A stretch of 64,000 bases of DNA. Source: the human T2T-CHM13v2.0 reference genome, Homo sapiens. The notes below the pieces were generated by a model. It searched no databases and had not been told where the DNA came from. It saw only the letters and a list, made by a program, of their open reading frames with translations. The position numbers and the translations under genes were made by a program. The stretch lies in NCBI RefSeq assembly GCF_009914755.1, contig NC_060925.1. One strand, given 5' to 3'. Below are positions 1-12,039 of the stretch, piece by piece (positions within the stretch are counted from its first letter, which is position 1; each line of letters begins with the position of its first letter).

Positions 1-170
1 CAAGACTGGAAATCAATGGTATAAAAGACAGTTGAGAGAAAAAAACATGCCACAAGTTGGATTCTTTGAAAAGACTAAAAAAATAGACAAACATCTAAAG
101 ATTGATTAAAAAATGAGAGTGGTAACACAAAAAAATTTTTTTGAATTATAAAGGGGAGAAGCATTGATAA
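1..170 (+). mobile_element. Degenerate old LINE-1 (L1M) ORF2 fragment in a PTBP2 intron
   Basis: A-rich sequence 'ttctttgaaaagactaaaaaaatagacaaacatctaaagattgattaaaaa' resembles the ORF2 [19 protein letters not shown] region. Confidence 0.55.
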
Positions 171-1519
171 AGCTCCAGTTTCCACATCATATAAACACCA
201 TGTCTGTAAATTTCTTGAGGTCTTTTAAAATTTTTATTATTCGTTAATAATCTCTTTCATAGATGGATTAAGGGAAATGTAAAAAATTACATTAAATCAA
301 AAATGTCATTTCAATTGTGAAACATTGACTTTTTCCTTTATTATTGCCTTGTCCATTTATGCCATATTTCTTGGAATAGGAGAGTTCAAGTGTAAGATTC
401 ACATTGTTTAAAATTTTATTCATTTAAAATTAGTAATTCAGGTAATTTCCTTCTGCTCTGTTTACTCCTTGTGTACTTTCAGTTTTTGACAAAGCTTTTG
501 TTTTCTTTTTTACTTAAAAATTTTGGTATTCTAATTATCATCCCCCTTCCCCTTTAGATCACTTCAGATCCTATTGTCAGCAATCAGCTGGCTAGAACTC
601 TCTTGTTACCTGGCTACTTCCTGAGGTAGCTGTTTGGTTATTTAGCTTTATTTTAATCCCATTCCTCTATCACTCATCTGTTCTGTATGCAGTTACTATG
701 CCTGGGACTTATTTTCTTATTCTTTCCCTCCATTATCTCAAAGCTCTGCTGTTTGTGCTGTCTTTTTATTTAGACAGCTTTTTTTCTGACAACGTTAAGT
801 CTACTTATTTATATCACTTTATTTCTCAAACTCACACTTAATAACACATTTTGTCTGAGGTAGTTTATCTAAACAAAAGTTTGTTCACTTAAAATAGTTA
901 TAGAACTTTAAAATTTTATAATTCAGTGGGTTTTATTGTAAAAGGATTTTATGTACTGTCACTGTAGATAATTGGTTTTACAGGTGTAAGCGTAAATTTG
1001 CAAGTATATGAAATTAAGTATGTGAAATGCAGTGTGAGAAACAAATGAGAAAATTCAGACTTGTGAGAAGATTGTTTTGTTTTTTTTCTGTGCTTAGCCT
1101 TGGCGAAAAATCTGAGAAAACTTAAAATATATAACACTGGAGTGACAATCAGGAAGAGTGGACTCTTTTTTTTTTTAATTTTTTTAAACAAATTAGGGAA
1201 GTAAGTTCAATGGCTAGTGGTTATCATAATAAGAAAAATTTAAGGAAGTTATAGGTAAAATAAGAATTTTACTTTTGTTTCTTTTCTGAATGGTACCTCA
1301 TATTTTGACAGCATTATCCTTTTCAGATCTGTTTTATATTTAATTGGTTTATTATACATGTAAGTATGATTAGATTCATGGATTTAACCAGTTCTTTGTA
1401 TCTTCTGTGTCAAAATGTATACTGTAGTATACTGTTTATATTAGAAACTCTTTAAAAGTGGATGTTCTATTCTTAATTTCCTGATCTTCCACATTGTCTT
1501 TATCTGTAACTCTACTGTT

Positions 1520-1824
1520 TTTTGTTGGTTTTTGTTTTTGTTTTGAGACAGAGTCTCGCTCTGTCACCCAGGCTGGAGTGCACTGTGGCACCATCTCAGC
1601 TCACTGTAACCTCCGCCTCCTGGGTACAAGCAATTCTGCCTCAGCCTCCTGAGTAACTGGGACCACAGGCACGAGCCACCACGCCCAGCTAATTTTTGTA
1701 TTTTTAGTAGAGATGGGGTGTTACCATATTGGCCAGGCTGGTCTCGAACTCCTAGACCTTGTGATCCGCCCACCTCAGCCTCCCAAAGTGTTGGGATTAC
1801 AGGCGTGAGCCAACGCGCCCGGCA
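1520..1824 (-). mobile_element. Alu (AluS-type), antisense, intronic
   Basis: Full Alu dimer in reverse with T-rich tail; TSD TCTACTGTT at 1511-1519 and 1825-1833. Confidence 0.97.
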
Positions 1825-2063
1825 TCTACTGTTAATACTTTATTATCTAGTTGATTATAGTCATTTAGACCTTCAGTTTAGCCAAAGTGCATGACATATT
1901 AGAAATGGTCTTTTTTAGTTATTTTGACTGGTGAATAAAACATATAACTTTCTAGCATCAGACCAGTTCATTTAGTTTAAAAATGATCCAGCAGCTATGT
2001 CAAGAAATAGTCATGTAATGTTCTGTTTTCACACACTGCACTATGTTCTGGGGTAGAGACAAA

Positions 2064-2218
2064 GGTTTGGATTTTGGAATATTTGCATTATACCAATTGA
2101 GCTTCCCAAATCTGAAATGTTCCAATGAGCATTTCCCTTGAGCATCATGTTGGCCCTCAGTTTTGGATTTTGGAACATTTCAGATTTCAGATTTCTGCAT
2201 TAAGGATACTCAACCTGT
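2064..2218. mobile_element. Tigger4a/MER46-like DNA transposon fragment
   Basis: 'ttggattttggaatatttgcattatac...atttcagatttcagatt...ggatactcaacctgta' matches the recalled Tigger4a consensus, including its terminal inverted repeat. Confidence 0.8.
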
Positions 2219-2820
2219 ACAGACTGGGAAAGGTATAAGCCATGTTAAAGAATGAGTTTCAACTTTGTCCTTAAGGGTTTTAAGCAGGTATTGACGTGAT
2301 CAGATTTGTAATTTATGAAGGTCATCAAGCTGCTGTATAGAAAATGGATTGGAAAAATTATCCAACAGGAAGACAAATATGAGACTGAGTTATCCAGATA
2401 AAAAATAATGTCAGCGAGAAGTAGAGAAACAGATCATGAATTTGAGGGACAATTAGGAGGAAGGCTATCACAATATTTAGCAATTAGGATGTGTAACAGA
2501 AGGGAGAAAAAGAGCTAGGGATGCTTATTAAGTTTCTTTCTTGTGTAGCTCACTATACGATTTGTTAGCAGGATTGTTGAGGAAGATAGATATTCATAAT
2601 CTGGATTTTCATTCTATGAAAGTAGCTGGCTTTTTTGCCAGAATGCCTTGTCTAGTTCAAATGAAAATGTACTTAAGTCTTATCACCAGTGGCTATGGTA
2701 AATTGGTGATTTATTTTAAAATCATAAGAAAATTCAAATTTTTAAACTGTTACGTTAAAAGAATTATGTTTGTTTTGAGCTTTGATATTGTTTGTTAATA
2801 GACATGCTTTCTTTTTATAG

Positions 2821-3037
2821 CCATGAATCATCTTAATGGACAGAAAATGTATGGAAAAATTATTCGTGTTACTCTGTCTAAACATCAGACTGTACAGCTA
2901 CCTCGAGAGGGACTTGATGATCAAGGGCTAACAAAAGATTTTGGTAATTCCCCATTGCATCGTTTTAAGAAACCTGGATCCAAAAATTTTCAAAACATTT
3001 TTCCTCCTTCTGCCACCCTTCACCTATCTAATATCCC
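2821..3037 (+). CDS. PTBP2: PTBP2 coding exon (217 nt; end of RRM3, linker, start of RRM4)
   Basis: Acceptor ctttttatag|CC and donor CC|gtaagt. Encodes (A)[72 protein letters not shown], which I recognise as PTBP2. Confidence 0.98.
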
Positions 3038-3137
3038 GTAAGTATATAAGCTAGAGTGTATTGAGATACATTCTATTTTGATAAAATATGAAATTTATTC
3101 TTAATCTTCACTTTTTCTTCCCATTCAATTTTCCTAG

Positions 3138-3215
3138 TCCATCAGTAGCAGAAGAGGATCTACGAACACTGTTCGCTAACACTGGGGGCACTGTGAAAGC
3201 ATTTAAGTTTTTTCA
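3138..3215 (+). CDS. PTBP2: PTBP2 penultimate coding exon (78 nt, RRM4)
   Basis: Acceptor ttttcctag|T and donor CA|gtaagc. In frame with the previous exon: [26 protein letters not shown]. Confidence 0.97.
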
Positions 3216-3381
3216 GTAAGCAAGCTTCCTTATCTTTAAATTAGTGACCTGATAAAATTTTTAAGTAGTTTTTGTTCTTTTCGTTTATAGAAATTTTTGA
3301 TTCCGGAATGGCCAAAATTCAAGTATTTAATAAGCCCTTTCTAATTTGTATGAAGTATCTAATTTTATAATTTTGTTTCAG

Positions 3382-3514
3382 AAGAGATCACAAAATGGCT
3401 CTTCTTCAGATGGCAACAGTGGAAGAAGCTATTCAGGCCTTGATTGATCTTCATAATTATAACCTTGGAGAAAACCATCATCTGAGAGTGTCTTTCTCCA
3501 AGTCAACAATTTAA
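3382..3514 (+). CDS. PTBP2: PTBP2 last exon, coding part (alternative acceptor start at 3385)
   Basis: Acceptor tttcag|aag|AGATCAC. Encodes (R)[42 protein letters not shown], then TAA at 3512-3514. Confidence 0.98.
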
Positions 3515-4995
3515 AAATGGGAAGATGAAGATTGGGGGTGAATCACATTGTTCAATGTCATCACCTATTTGACTGTTCAGAAAAGTGGGGACCAGAGTTT
3601 GATTTTTTTTGTTTTTGTTTTTTTGGGGTTTCTTTTTTTTTTCCATGCTGTTATCATTCCTTGGTTATAAAATGAAATGGCATATGTAAAGGCAGAGTTG
3701 TTAACTGCTATATTTCATCTGTTCTATAGGGAAGCCATTTTGTCTGTTTAAAATTTCAGTTTAATTTTGCTTTTTTTTTTTTTTTTTTTTTCCTTTCAAC
3801 TTAGTTGACATACGTGCCTTAAAAAGGAAAACTAGTGTTGCTATTGTGCATTTACTAGAAAAAAGGAATTGGTTGTTTAGGGCACACTGTTATATGGGAA
3901 TTAAAATATGTTTAGGCAGGGGTGTGTAAAAAGGTTAAGTTTTTGTTTCTCCTGCTTGGAACTTATTTTGAATTACTGGCTTGTCACCTTTTTTTCTATT
4001 TAATCAAATAAGATACATGATATTGAAAGAATAAAGCAGCATTTTTAGTTTTTACTACCTTAGGCTTTATTGCTTTGAAAACAACATTGGCCTTTTGTAT
4101 CTCACAATTCTGGTCTAGATTCAGTTATGAATGTAGGCATTAGTTAAAATTAACAAGATGCAGAGTATTAATTTCTTAAGACAACAAAGTGATTTCTGTA
4201 AGTTTGAGCCCTATGTGGAAAGCATTGTGGAATCTTAACCTTTTTGTACACACTCTTGTGGGACGTATCATATAAATGTCAGCACTAAGTAATGTCTTGT
4301 TTGTGGCTGAATATTTTTCGTAGATGTTTTTGAAGTTGACATGACTTACGTGCATTTAAATATATATTGCCATCCTTAGTTTGTAATTAAGATTTGGAAT
4401 ATGGTTGTGGATTTCTGAGCATGTGCAGACTGGTCTAGCTAGTTCAGGAACTGGTGCATGTATTTTTCAAAGATAAAGAAAGTGTACTGCGAAAATATGC
4501 AGGAAGATTAATTTTGTGGCAGTTTTCTAAAACTGACAACCAGGTGGGACCAAAGTTTATGTGCCTTTAGTCTTAATTTACCTTGCATTGTAATATTCAG
4601 TTTTAATAAATCTTCAAAATATTTTGTATTTAGGAATAGATCTGACTTTAATAAAAACATGGCTCAGAATCTACAGGTCAAATTAATTTGAACAGTTCTT
4701 GTCAATCCGAATTGTTGATTCTGTTTAAATGACCAATACTTTTTGAAATTGATGTACTTAGTTTCAAGATTCATAGATTCTGTTATCTATGTAGACAGAA
4801 TGGTCATGTATATTTTCTATTAGTTGAGTTTTTACATCTTTAGAAATGTAAAATTCAGTATAGTTTGAAAGCGGCACAATTAAAAATTAATTTTCTAACA
4901 AAGTTGGGAGGTTTGATGGTTGTTTAATTTCATTTTGTGTGTACTCTGCTTACCCCTGTAGCATGCTCAATAAACACTTCTGTAGCTCTATATTC
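3515..4995 (+). other. PTBP2: PTBP2 proximal 3' UTR
   Basis: Follows the stop codon; repeat-free and U-rich (T21 at 3771-3791). AATAAA at 4030, 4605, 4650 and 4969; the last is followed by a pyrimidine-rich downstream element. End position is approximate. Confidence 0.8.
4969..4974 (+). terminator. Polyadenylation signal (probable major proximal PAS)
   Basis: AATAAA with upstream TGTA motifs (CFIm) and a downstream U/CU-rich tract; another AATAAA lies at 5134-5139. Confidence 0.7.
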
Positions 4996-7900
4996 ACCTT
5001 TTCTGTCTTTCTCTGCTGCCTTTTCTCTCTCCTCTTCTTTGTTTTCACTCCACTGTGCTTCTGAATTCATGTTTATTCTCTGCCAGGGTGGGAAAGGAGT
5101 AATAATATTACAATTCTATGGCTTTATACCATAAATAAATCTAGATGCTGTGAAAATATACCAGCTGGTTTTTTTTAATTTAAAAGATGGTAACTGCTTT
5201 TCAGGAGGACACATATTAAACATTTCCCACCCTGTTATAATCTACTGCTTTAAAGACATAACTTTTATTGTAGCTTGTTAATTCTATCTCTTTTGTTCTT
5301 GTTGTTTTTTTTTTTTCCAGTAGATTTATGCACTAATAGATCTTTTGGATTTGCCATGCTCTCTTGCTGCAGTTTCATCTTTCATCTTTTGTGTCTGCTA
5401 AAGATTTCTTACTAATCTTAGACTACCTTGTGAGTTAACAAAAAGAACTTGATATTACTGGGAAGAAAGAGCAGCATATCTGCATATCAGCATATCTGCT
5501 TTTGCCTTGGGTGGGAAGAATGATATACATTCAAGTATTTAAAAACTTAGAGTAATTTGCATTTAACAACTGAGGATGTTACTACTGTAACTTGTTAAGC
5601 AGTTACAATTAGGGTGCTATTTATATTCAAAATATTTCGGTCAGTTTTTCTAAACAGATATATTGGTATCAAATAACTTTGGAGTTACACATGTTTCTTA
5701 GGTTTGTTCTGTTATAAAATATCCCACACTTATGCAAAACTTACACATAGGATAATAAAAAGTAAATGAAGGAACATAAAATATGTTTTACTATACTTAA
5801 TGTAGTAATTCAGTTACCTCCAAGAAAGAAGAATATAATAAGTAAAATAATTTTGTTTACACTAGTGTCACTGTTGTCATCTGAAGAAGAACCATTAGAG
5901 TCAACAGTCTGGGATGATTTGGAAGCTAGGTGATCTGTGTTTTTTTCTTAAAATAACATCGTAGCACAGAGGAACTCTACCAGCATCAGATAAGTCTAAA
6001 GTCTAAAAAACCAATACCAGGGTTAGTGAATAGTAATTGAACAAAGCTTCTCAAGGTGAAGTTTTTCTCAGTAATTAGTGGTGGCTATAATATTTGAAAG
6101 TAGGTTCTGTCACCTTTTCAGGTGCTCATTGTCGGTGGGATTGCCTTGGGAAGGAGAAACTAAGTCCTGAGCTGTGTGTGTGGACTTAGTTTGTGCCAGT
6201 TGCTAAGCTGGTGGGAGTTCCCAGTCTCCCTAGTGGGAGATAACCAGAAACCAGCTCTTCCTGCCTAAGGACTACAGCAGATTCTATACTGTCTTACAGT
6301 ATGCCCTAATACGGCCTTCCTTCCAAAGCACCAAGTCACTAAAGGGGGATTTTGACATTCTAGAATATTTTTAATTCAGTACATCAAATTAACCCAGGCC
6401 TTGGCATATAGTGAATTGCTTATTAAAAGTTAGGTAAAAATAAAAACAGCTTTGTCGTATATTAGTACTCTATGACTCTTAGAGTGAACAAGCTAACAAG
6501 TATTCTTAGGACTTAGCTGCTTTGTTAATAGAGGTCTTAACTTGAATATTTAGAAATAATCAGAAAAATTATTTTTTGGTATTGAAGATGTATTTTGGAA
6601 ATGGGTTTTAAAGTACCTACTTAAGGAAGAGATATCTACAGTTTATATTTAACGTTAGCATTTGAAAGCAATGAAGAAAATTTTTCCTTAACCAGGAAGT
6701 GTAATGAATCATTATATTAGAGATTAAATTAACACTTTGGAAGCATTTTAGCTCCTAGAGTTAAGGTTAGTATAGTGAAATTATGGTGATTAGCTTAATT
6801 CATTCATGTACATCTATTTGTATCACCATATAATTACTAGGGAAAGGACAAATCACTTTTCAAAGCCTCAATGTTATTTGTAAAATGGAGGCAATAAGTT
6901 CTGCTCTGCTCCCCTCACAGGATTATTACAGAGGCTCAAATAGGATAAGTGAAGGAATGCTATGCAATTAGTTAACTAATGCCAGTTCCCAGACTGCCAG
7001 ATTTGCCCACAGTAAACTTCATTATCCACAATACATGTTATCCTAATATGTCTTTTTGCTACAAAGAAATACTAATGTTTTAAAATTATTTACTAGTTTC
7101 ATAAAGCAGAAAGATGTAAAATGCAGTTATAGAGAGCATCCCAAGCCAGATGAAAAGAAACCATGGATTTAGCTTTATATTTTCTGTTTGAACTTGATAG
7201 CCCAATCATAAAATGCACATATTTAATTATAGACTGCACTTAAGATTTCATATGTATAAAAAAGTTGCTGTGAAACAGGTAATTTTAACACTCAGGAATT
7301 TCAAGGCTAAGGAAGAAAGACATACTCTCATGAGCAGCTCTGAACTTCAAACAGGATTTTCTGGCTGCCTTAATATATTAAAATGGAGCCTAAATCTGAA
7401 AACGTTTTTTTCATTCAGAAGAAAGTACAGAATTCAGTGAAATTGAGTATACTAGGAAATCTGATGGCAAGAATTCAGCAAAGTCTTAATTTTAAACCGT
7501 AATATTCATTGATTATGCAAAACCTTAGTTTTATAGTTATTCTTTGTTATTTTGAATAGCTTCCCTTTAAATTTTCTAGTTCCAGATTTTGCAAATAAAA
7601 GTGTACATGTTAAAGTTATAGAGTATTAGATTATTCACATTAAGAACTGTTCAAATACGCGGAAAAATAAAACCGTAATGAACACCTATGCACTTCACTC
7701 AACTATATCACTACCTAACATATTCCATATTTTAAACGTAATTATATATTAGTTGAAAGAAAACGTTACAGAATGAACTGAAATCCCATATGAACCTCTT
7801 TCTGATCTTAGTTCAAACCTTATTCTTTCCCAAGAGGTAATTGTTACCTTCAGTTTAGTATTTTATTATTCAGTGGTTGCTTTTCAAGAGGAATTTGTCC

Positions 7901-8639
7901 TATATTCTGTAGGCTAAATTTCTTGTTTTGCCTAGTTATAAAAATGGCAAATAATATGATATTGGGTGTTTAAATAGTACAATATTGTTCAAAACACACT
8001 TTATAATTTTTAACAGACTGTTTGGACATTGATAATTCCCTTATCAAATCTCATGACATTTAACCAATTTTTAACAAGGATTTTAAGTTGTGTTTAAGAA
8101 ATAAGTCATTTGGGCCTCAGGTTTCTCTTAAGGATGTAAACAAGGAGCTATATCATTGGTATTTTAGACGCTGAATTATGTGTAAGGTCCTTAAATACAA
8201 ACATACCCTTTGTAGCTTCACAGAGCCACCCGTTTTGCACTTCTCTCGCTTTTCTTCCTCCCTCTTTGGCTCCCATTTCAATGGACAGAAAGACTATGTG
8301 GCATCTCTATTTTCATTCACTTGGTTTATTGTCTTGGTATGTTGTATAGGTTTTTGAATCAGAAAATTTTAACATTTTTAGATATTTCAAACATACAAAA
8401 AATAGAAGAATATTTAACAAACCCTTGTCAGCTTCAGTTAGCAACTTAGATCTTCCTCGTTTCCTCCACCCAATTCTCATCTCCTTTATTAATGCAAATC
8501 CCAGATATATTTTATCAAGAAATTTTGTAGCATATATTTGTGTTGTTTTATTCGTGGTCATAGTTGCTTTCTCTAATATCTAGACTAGCCTAGCTGGTCA
8601 ATACTACTTTTCTTCAAATCCTAGAACCTCCCTATTAAA

Positions 8640-8772
8640 AATATAGTCACCAGACCAGTGGCAAATTAGTATCACCTAGGAGTTTATTAGAAACTCAGTC
8701 TATGAGCCTACTGAATCTACATTTTGACAAGATTGGCAGGTGATGCATTTGGACATAAGTTGGAGAAGCACT
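8640..8772. mobile_element. MER5-family hAT-Charlie MITE
   Basis: 'atcacctaggagtttattagaaa...cctactgaatctacattttgacaagatt...aggtgatgc...agttggagaagcact'. Confidence 0.65.
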
Positions 8773-11579
8773 CAATGCATTTTTTCAGTTCTATAAAAAT
8801 CAGCTTCAAAGTTTTTTCCTGAGTGTGGAAATTATTTCATTAGTAATTTTAAGTTATGCAGATATAGTTAATACCAAGAAATAATTGAACTGAAAAGGAA
8901 CCCGGATATCTAGTTTTAACCAGCTGTTTTAAAGATAAACAGTTCTAGAGATCAAATGAATAGTTTAGCAACATATTTATTGTAACTTACCTGTAGTTAG
9001 AATCCAAGTCCCTGGCTTTCCAATCCAGTCTTCAATGTATAATAATGATCAAAAGAAATACAGGCCTGCTATTATTCATAAATTTAAACTATTATGTACA
9101 AGTTGATAGCTTATAATAGAAATCAGTATGATTAGTGTTAAAAGTCAAATTTAGTCTGACAGGGAAGGAATGTCCATGTGAACTGATTTTTTTTAATAGA
9201 ATGCAAATTAATACTCAATTCCTGATTTGTTTATTACATTTTGTGGTTTAATGAAATGATACTCAGGTCATTTTCATAAATAGCTTTTCTATTAATGCTT
9301 CCTCAGTCACATTCTCTATTCCTATTGCATAGCACAGTCTAACAGTTGAAATGCCTAAGCCTTACTGAATGATGACTGATATTCTCTCTGAGAGTTAGAG
9401 CTGTACTATAAATATACATTACCTGTGCAAAGTATGCCTTCAGGGGCTATTCCCCATAACCTTAGCAAAATTTTAAAATATTCTTATGGCTAGCAATCTT
9501 ATCTATTGTCATGTCTTACTATTTCCTGCTTACCACCCCCATTTCTCTCTCAACCTTGTTGCTGCATTAGCTGTCCATCACTTAACACTGTTTATTTCTC
9601 TGTTTTTCTTCCATCATTCTCTTCTTTGCAACTAAATGATTTAGACTTTTTATAACCATAATCAACCAGTTAGATTCTTTTTATTTGTGGTTATTGAGTT
9701 GATAAATGATAGTGCATTTTATGTAATATTCAGGTGTTATGCTATTTTTATCTGGTTCACTTTAAAACCTCCCTCCCCCCACTCCCTTTTTTTGTGGGTT
9801 TTTTTTTTATTATTATTATTTTCCAGTTTTGTGTTGTTTTGCTTTTTAACTTCTGAGATTGCAGTGGTTCCAGATGGTTGAAATCACTAGTAGTGATTTA
9901 CATGAAGCATTCATGTATTTATTACTGGTATATTCAACTATAGTGGAGGGAAATTGGTCGAAGAATTACGGTTAAAGAGCTCCTTTAAAAAGGAGATTTG
10001 TAGAATTCTAAAATGTGATTCTGATTCATATAGTCATGATTCTTAGAAATTAGCTACAGGAAGAGATAGAAACATTGCTATAGTTGTCTTTGCCCTAAGT
10101 TTGGAGTTTTATAGTGTAATATATATATAATAGCTCTAATTATAAATACACTTTTACTCTGGAAAAAGCATAGACATTGACATAAGAGACATTTAAAAAC
10201 CATTATTTTCTCATCTGTAAAATGGAGAGAATTACTTCATATGTTCACTTATAAGGATTATGTGAAATACTGTTCCATTCCATTAGTAGTTTTTCTTTTC
10301 CTCTAATTGGGGGTGGGGGCAGTTTTTGGCATTCTATTTATGGAAGGTGTTTTTTTCCCTAAGATCATTTTGATGTCTCAGAAGACATTTGCTATGTACG
10401 TTGGACATTTGCCATGTACATTGTAGAGAATACAAAGATAAACAGAACCACAGTACAGCTGGTTCTATTAGACATTGAAAATGCATATTCTAGCATATTT
10501 AATATATTAGGGAACAATTTAAGCATAATGTGAATTTCATGTTTACTGAAGATTTCATCCTGAGAAACAAATGAAAGCAGAAAATTACAACCAACTGAAC
10601 CAGCTGTGTAAGAAATATATATATGGTGTGCACACATGTACATACCTCAGACATCTATTAGCATTCTCAGTTTTCCACAAGTTAAAAGCCACGCTCATCC
10701 ATATCTGGTGCTAATAACTTCCTATCCAATTTCAGATAGCTGTTTTCAACACATCTGACACCTTCTTTTTTTCAAGCAAACTTCAGGTCTTTTTCAAGAT
10801 AAAGTCATTTATAGTAGTGTCTATATATTTCTTAACCATTTAACATGTAAACTGTGCTGCCTTTTAAGAAATTAATTCTATCCTTTTTAGTGTCACAGTT
10901 GAAGATTTTGAGTGTTGTGCCCTAACCTTATCATTTTCCTCATAAGTCCTGTGGTTTTTATTGTATGATTTTGCATAGTGTGGCAATTCTTGGAAATGCT
11001 TATGTTGTGTTATAGTATAACTGACTTACTACTTTCAAATAGCTTCTAGTCTGATTCACGTTATGACAGTATACAGTATAGCAAAATAAGGACATCAGGG
11101 AACAGGAGGCTGAGCATATCACCATTTACCAATGGTAGCTTGAGCAAGGCACTTCATTTATCGAAGTCCATTTTCTCATCTGTACAATGGAGGTGATGAT
11201 AGTACATGTCTTTTCTGTCTTGTGTTATTTGTAGTTTCAAGTAAGATATGAAATATGCTGTAGAAATACAGGGTTGGGAATATCTAGTGGTACAAAAATC
11301 AACTTTTGGCCCAATTTTAAGGTGAGATAATTATGAGACATTTTTCGACCTCAAAGTCTTTGTTCTTTTCTCTCTACACCATTGTGAATAACACAGTGTA
11401 TATATGAGATTAATTTATTACCTCGACTTTCCATTTTTGTTTTGTAAAGTAGTTTAATTTTTTATATCTATTTATAAAGTTAACTGCAGGAGTGTACCTG
11501 CAGTTAACTTTATACAGTTAAGAAGAGGTTGGTTTCAGTTTTAAAGATTGTATGTCAGTGTAAAACATCCATTATTATG

Positions 11580-11701
11580 CTTTCAAGTAAAATAGCTCCT
11601 AAAAATATGGATTACTATCAACTTTCAAGGAAAATAGCTCCTAAAAATATGGATTACTACCAACTTTCAAGGAAAATAGCTCCTAGAAATATGGATTACT
11701 A
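11580..11701. repeat. 42-bp minisatellite, ~2.9 copies
   Basis: Unit ctttcaaggaaaatagctcctaaaaatatggattactaccaa starting at 11580, 11622 and 11664. Confidence 0.95.
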
Positions 11702-11710
11702 GCCACATAA

Positions 11711-12039
<329 letters not shown>

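Noticed and set aside
975-991. ttttacag|GT GTAAG, resembling a recursive splice site or 2-nt microexon
   Set aside because: Short pyrimidine tract with a nearby upstream AG; not distinguishable from chance
2541-2798. 85-aa ORF upstream of, and in frame with, the PTBP2 exon
   Set aside because: Non-ATG start, stops before the acceptor and has no PTB similarity; intronic
5473-5499. gcatatc[t/a] repeated three times
   Set aside because: Ordinary slippage micro-repeat
11580-11701. Repeat array as a possible CRISPR-like structure
   Set aside because: Head-to-tail copies without unique spacers, in a human genomic context
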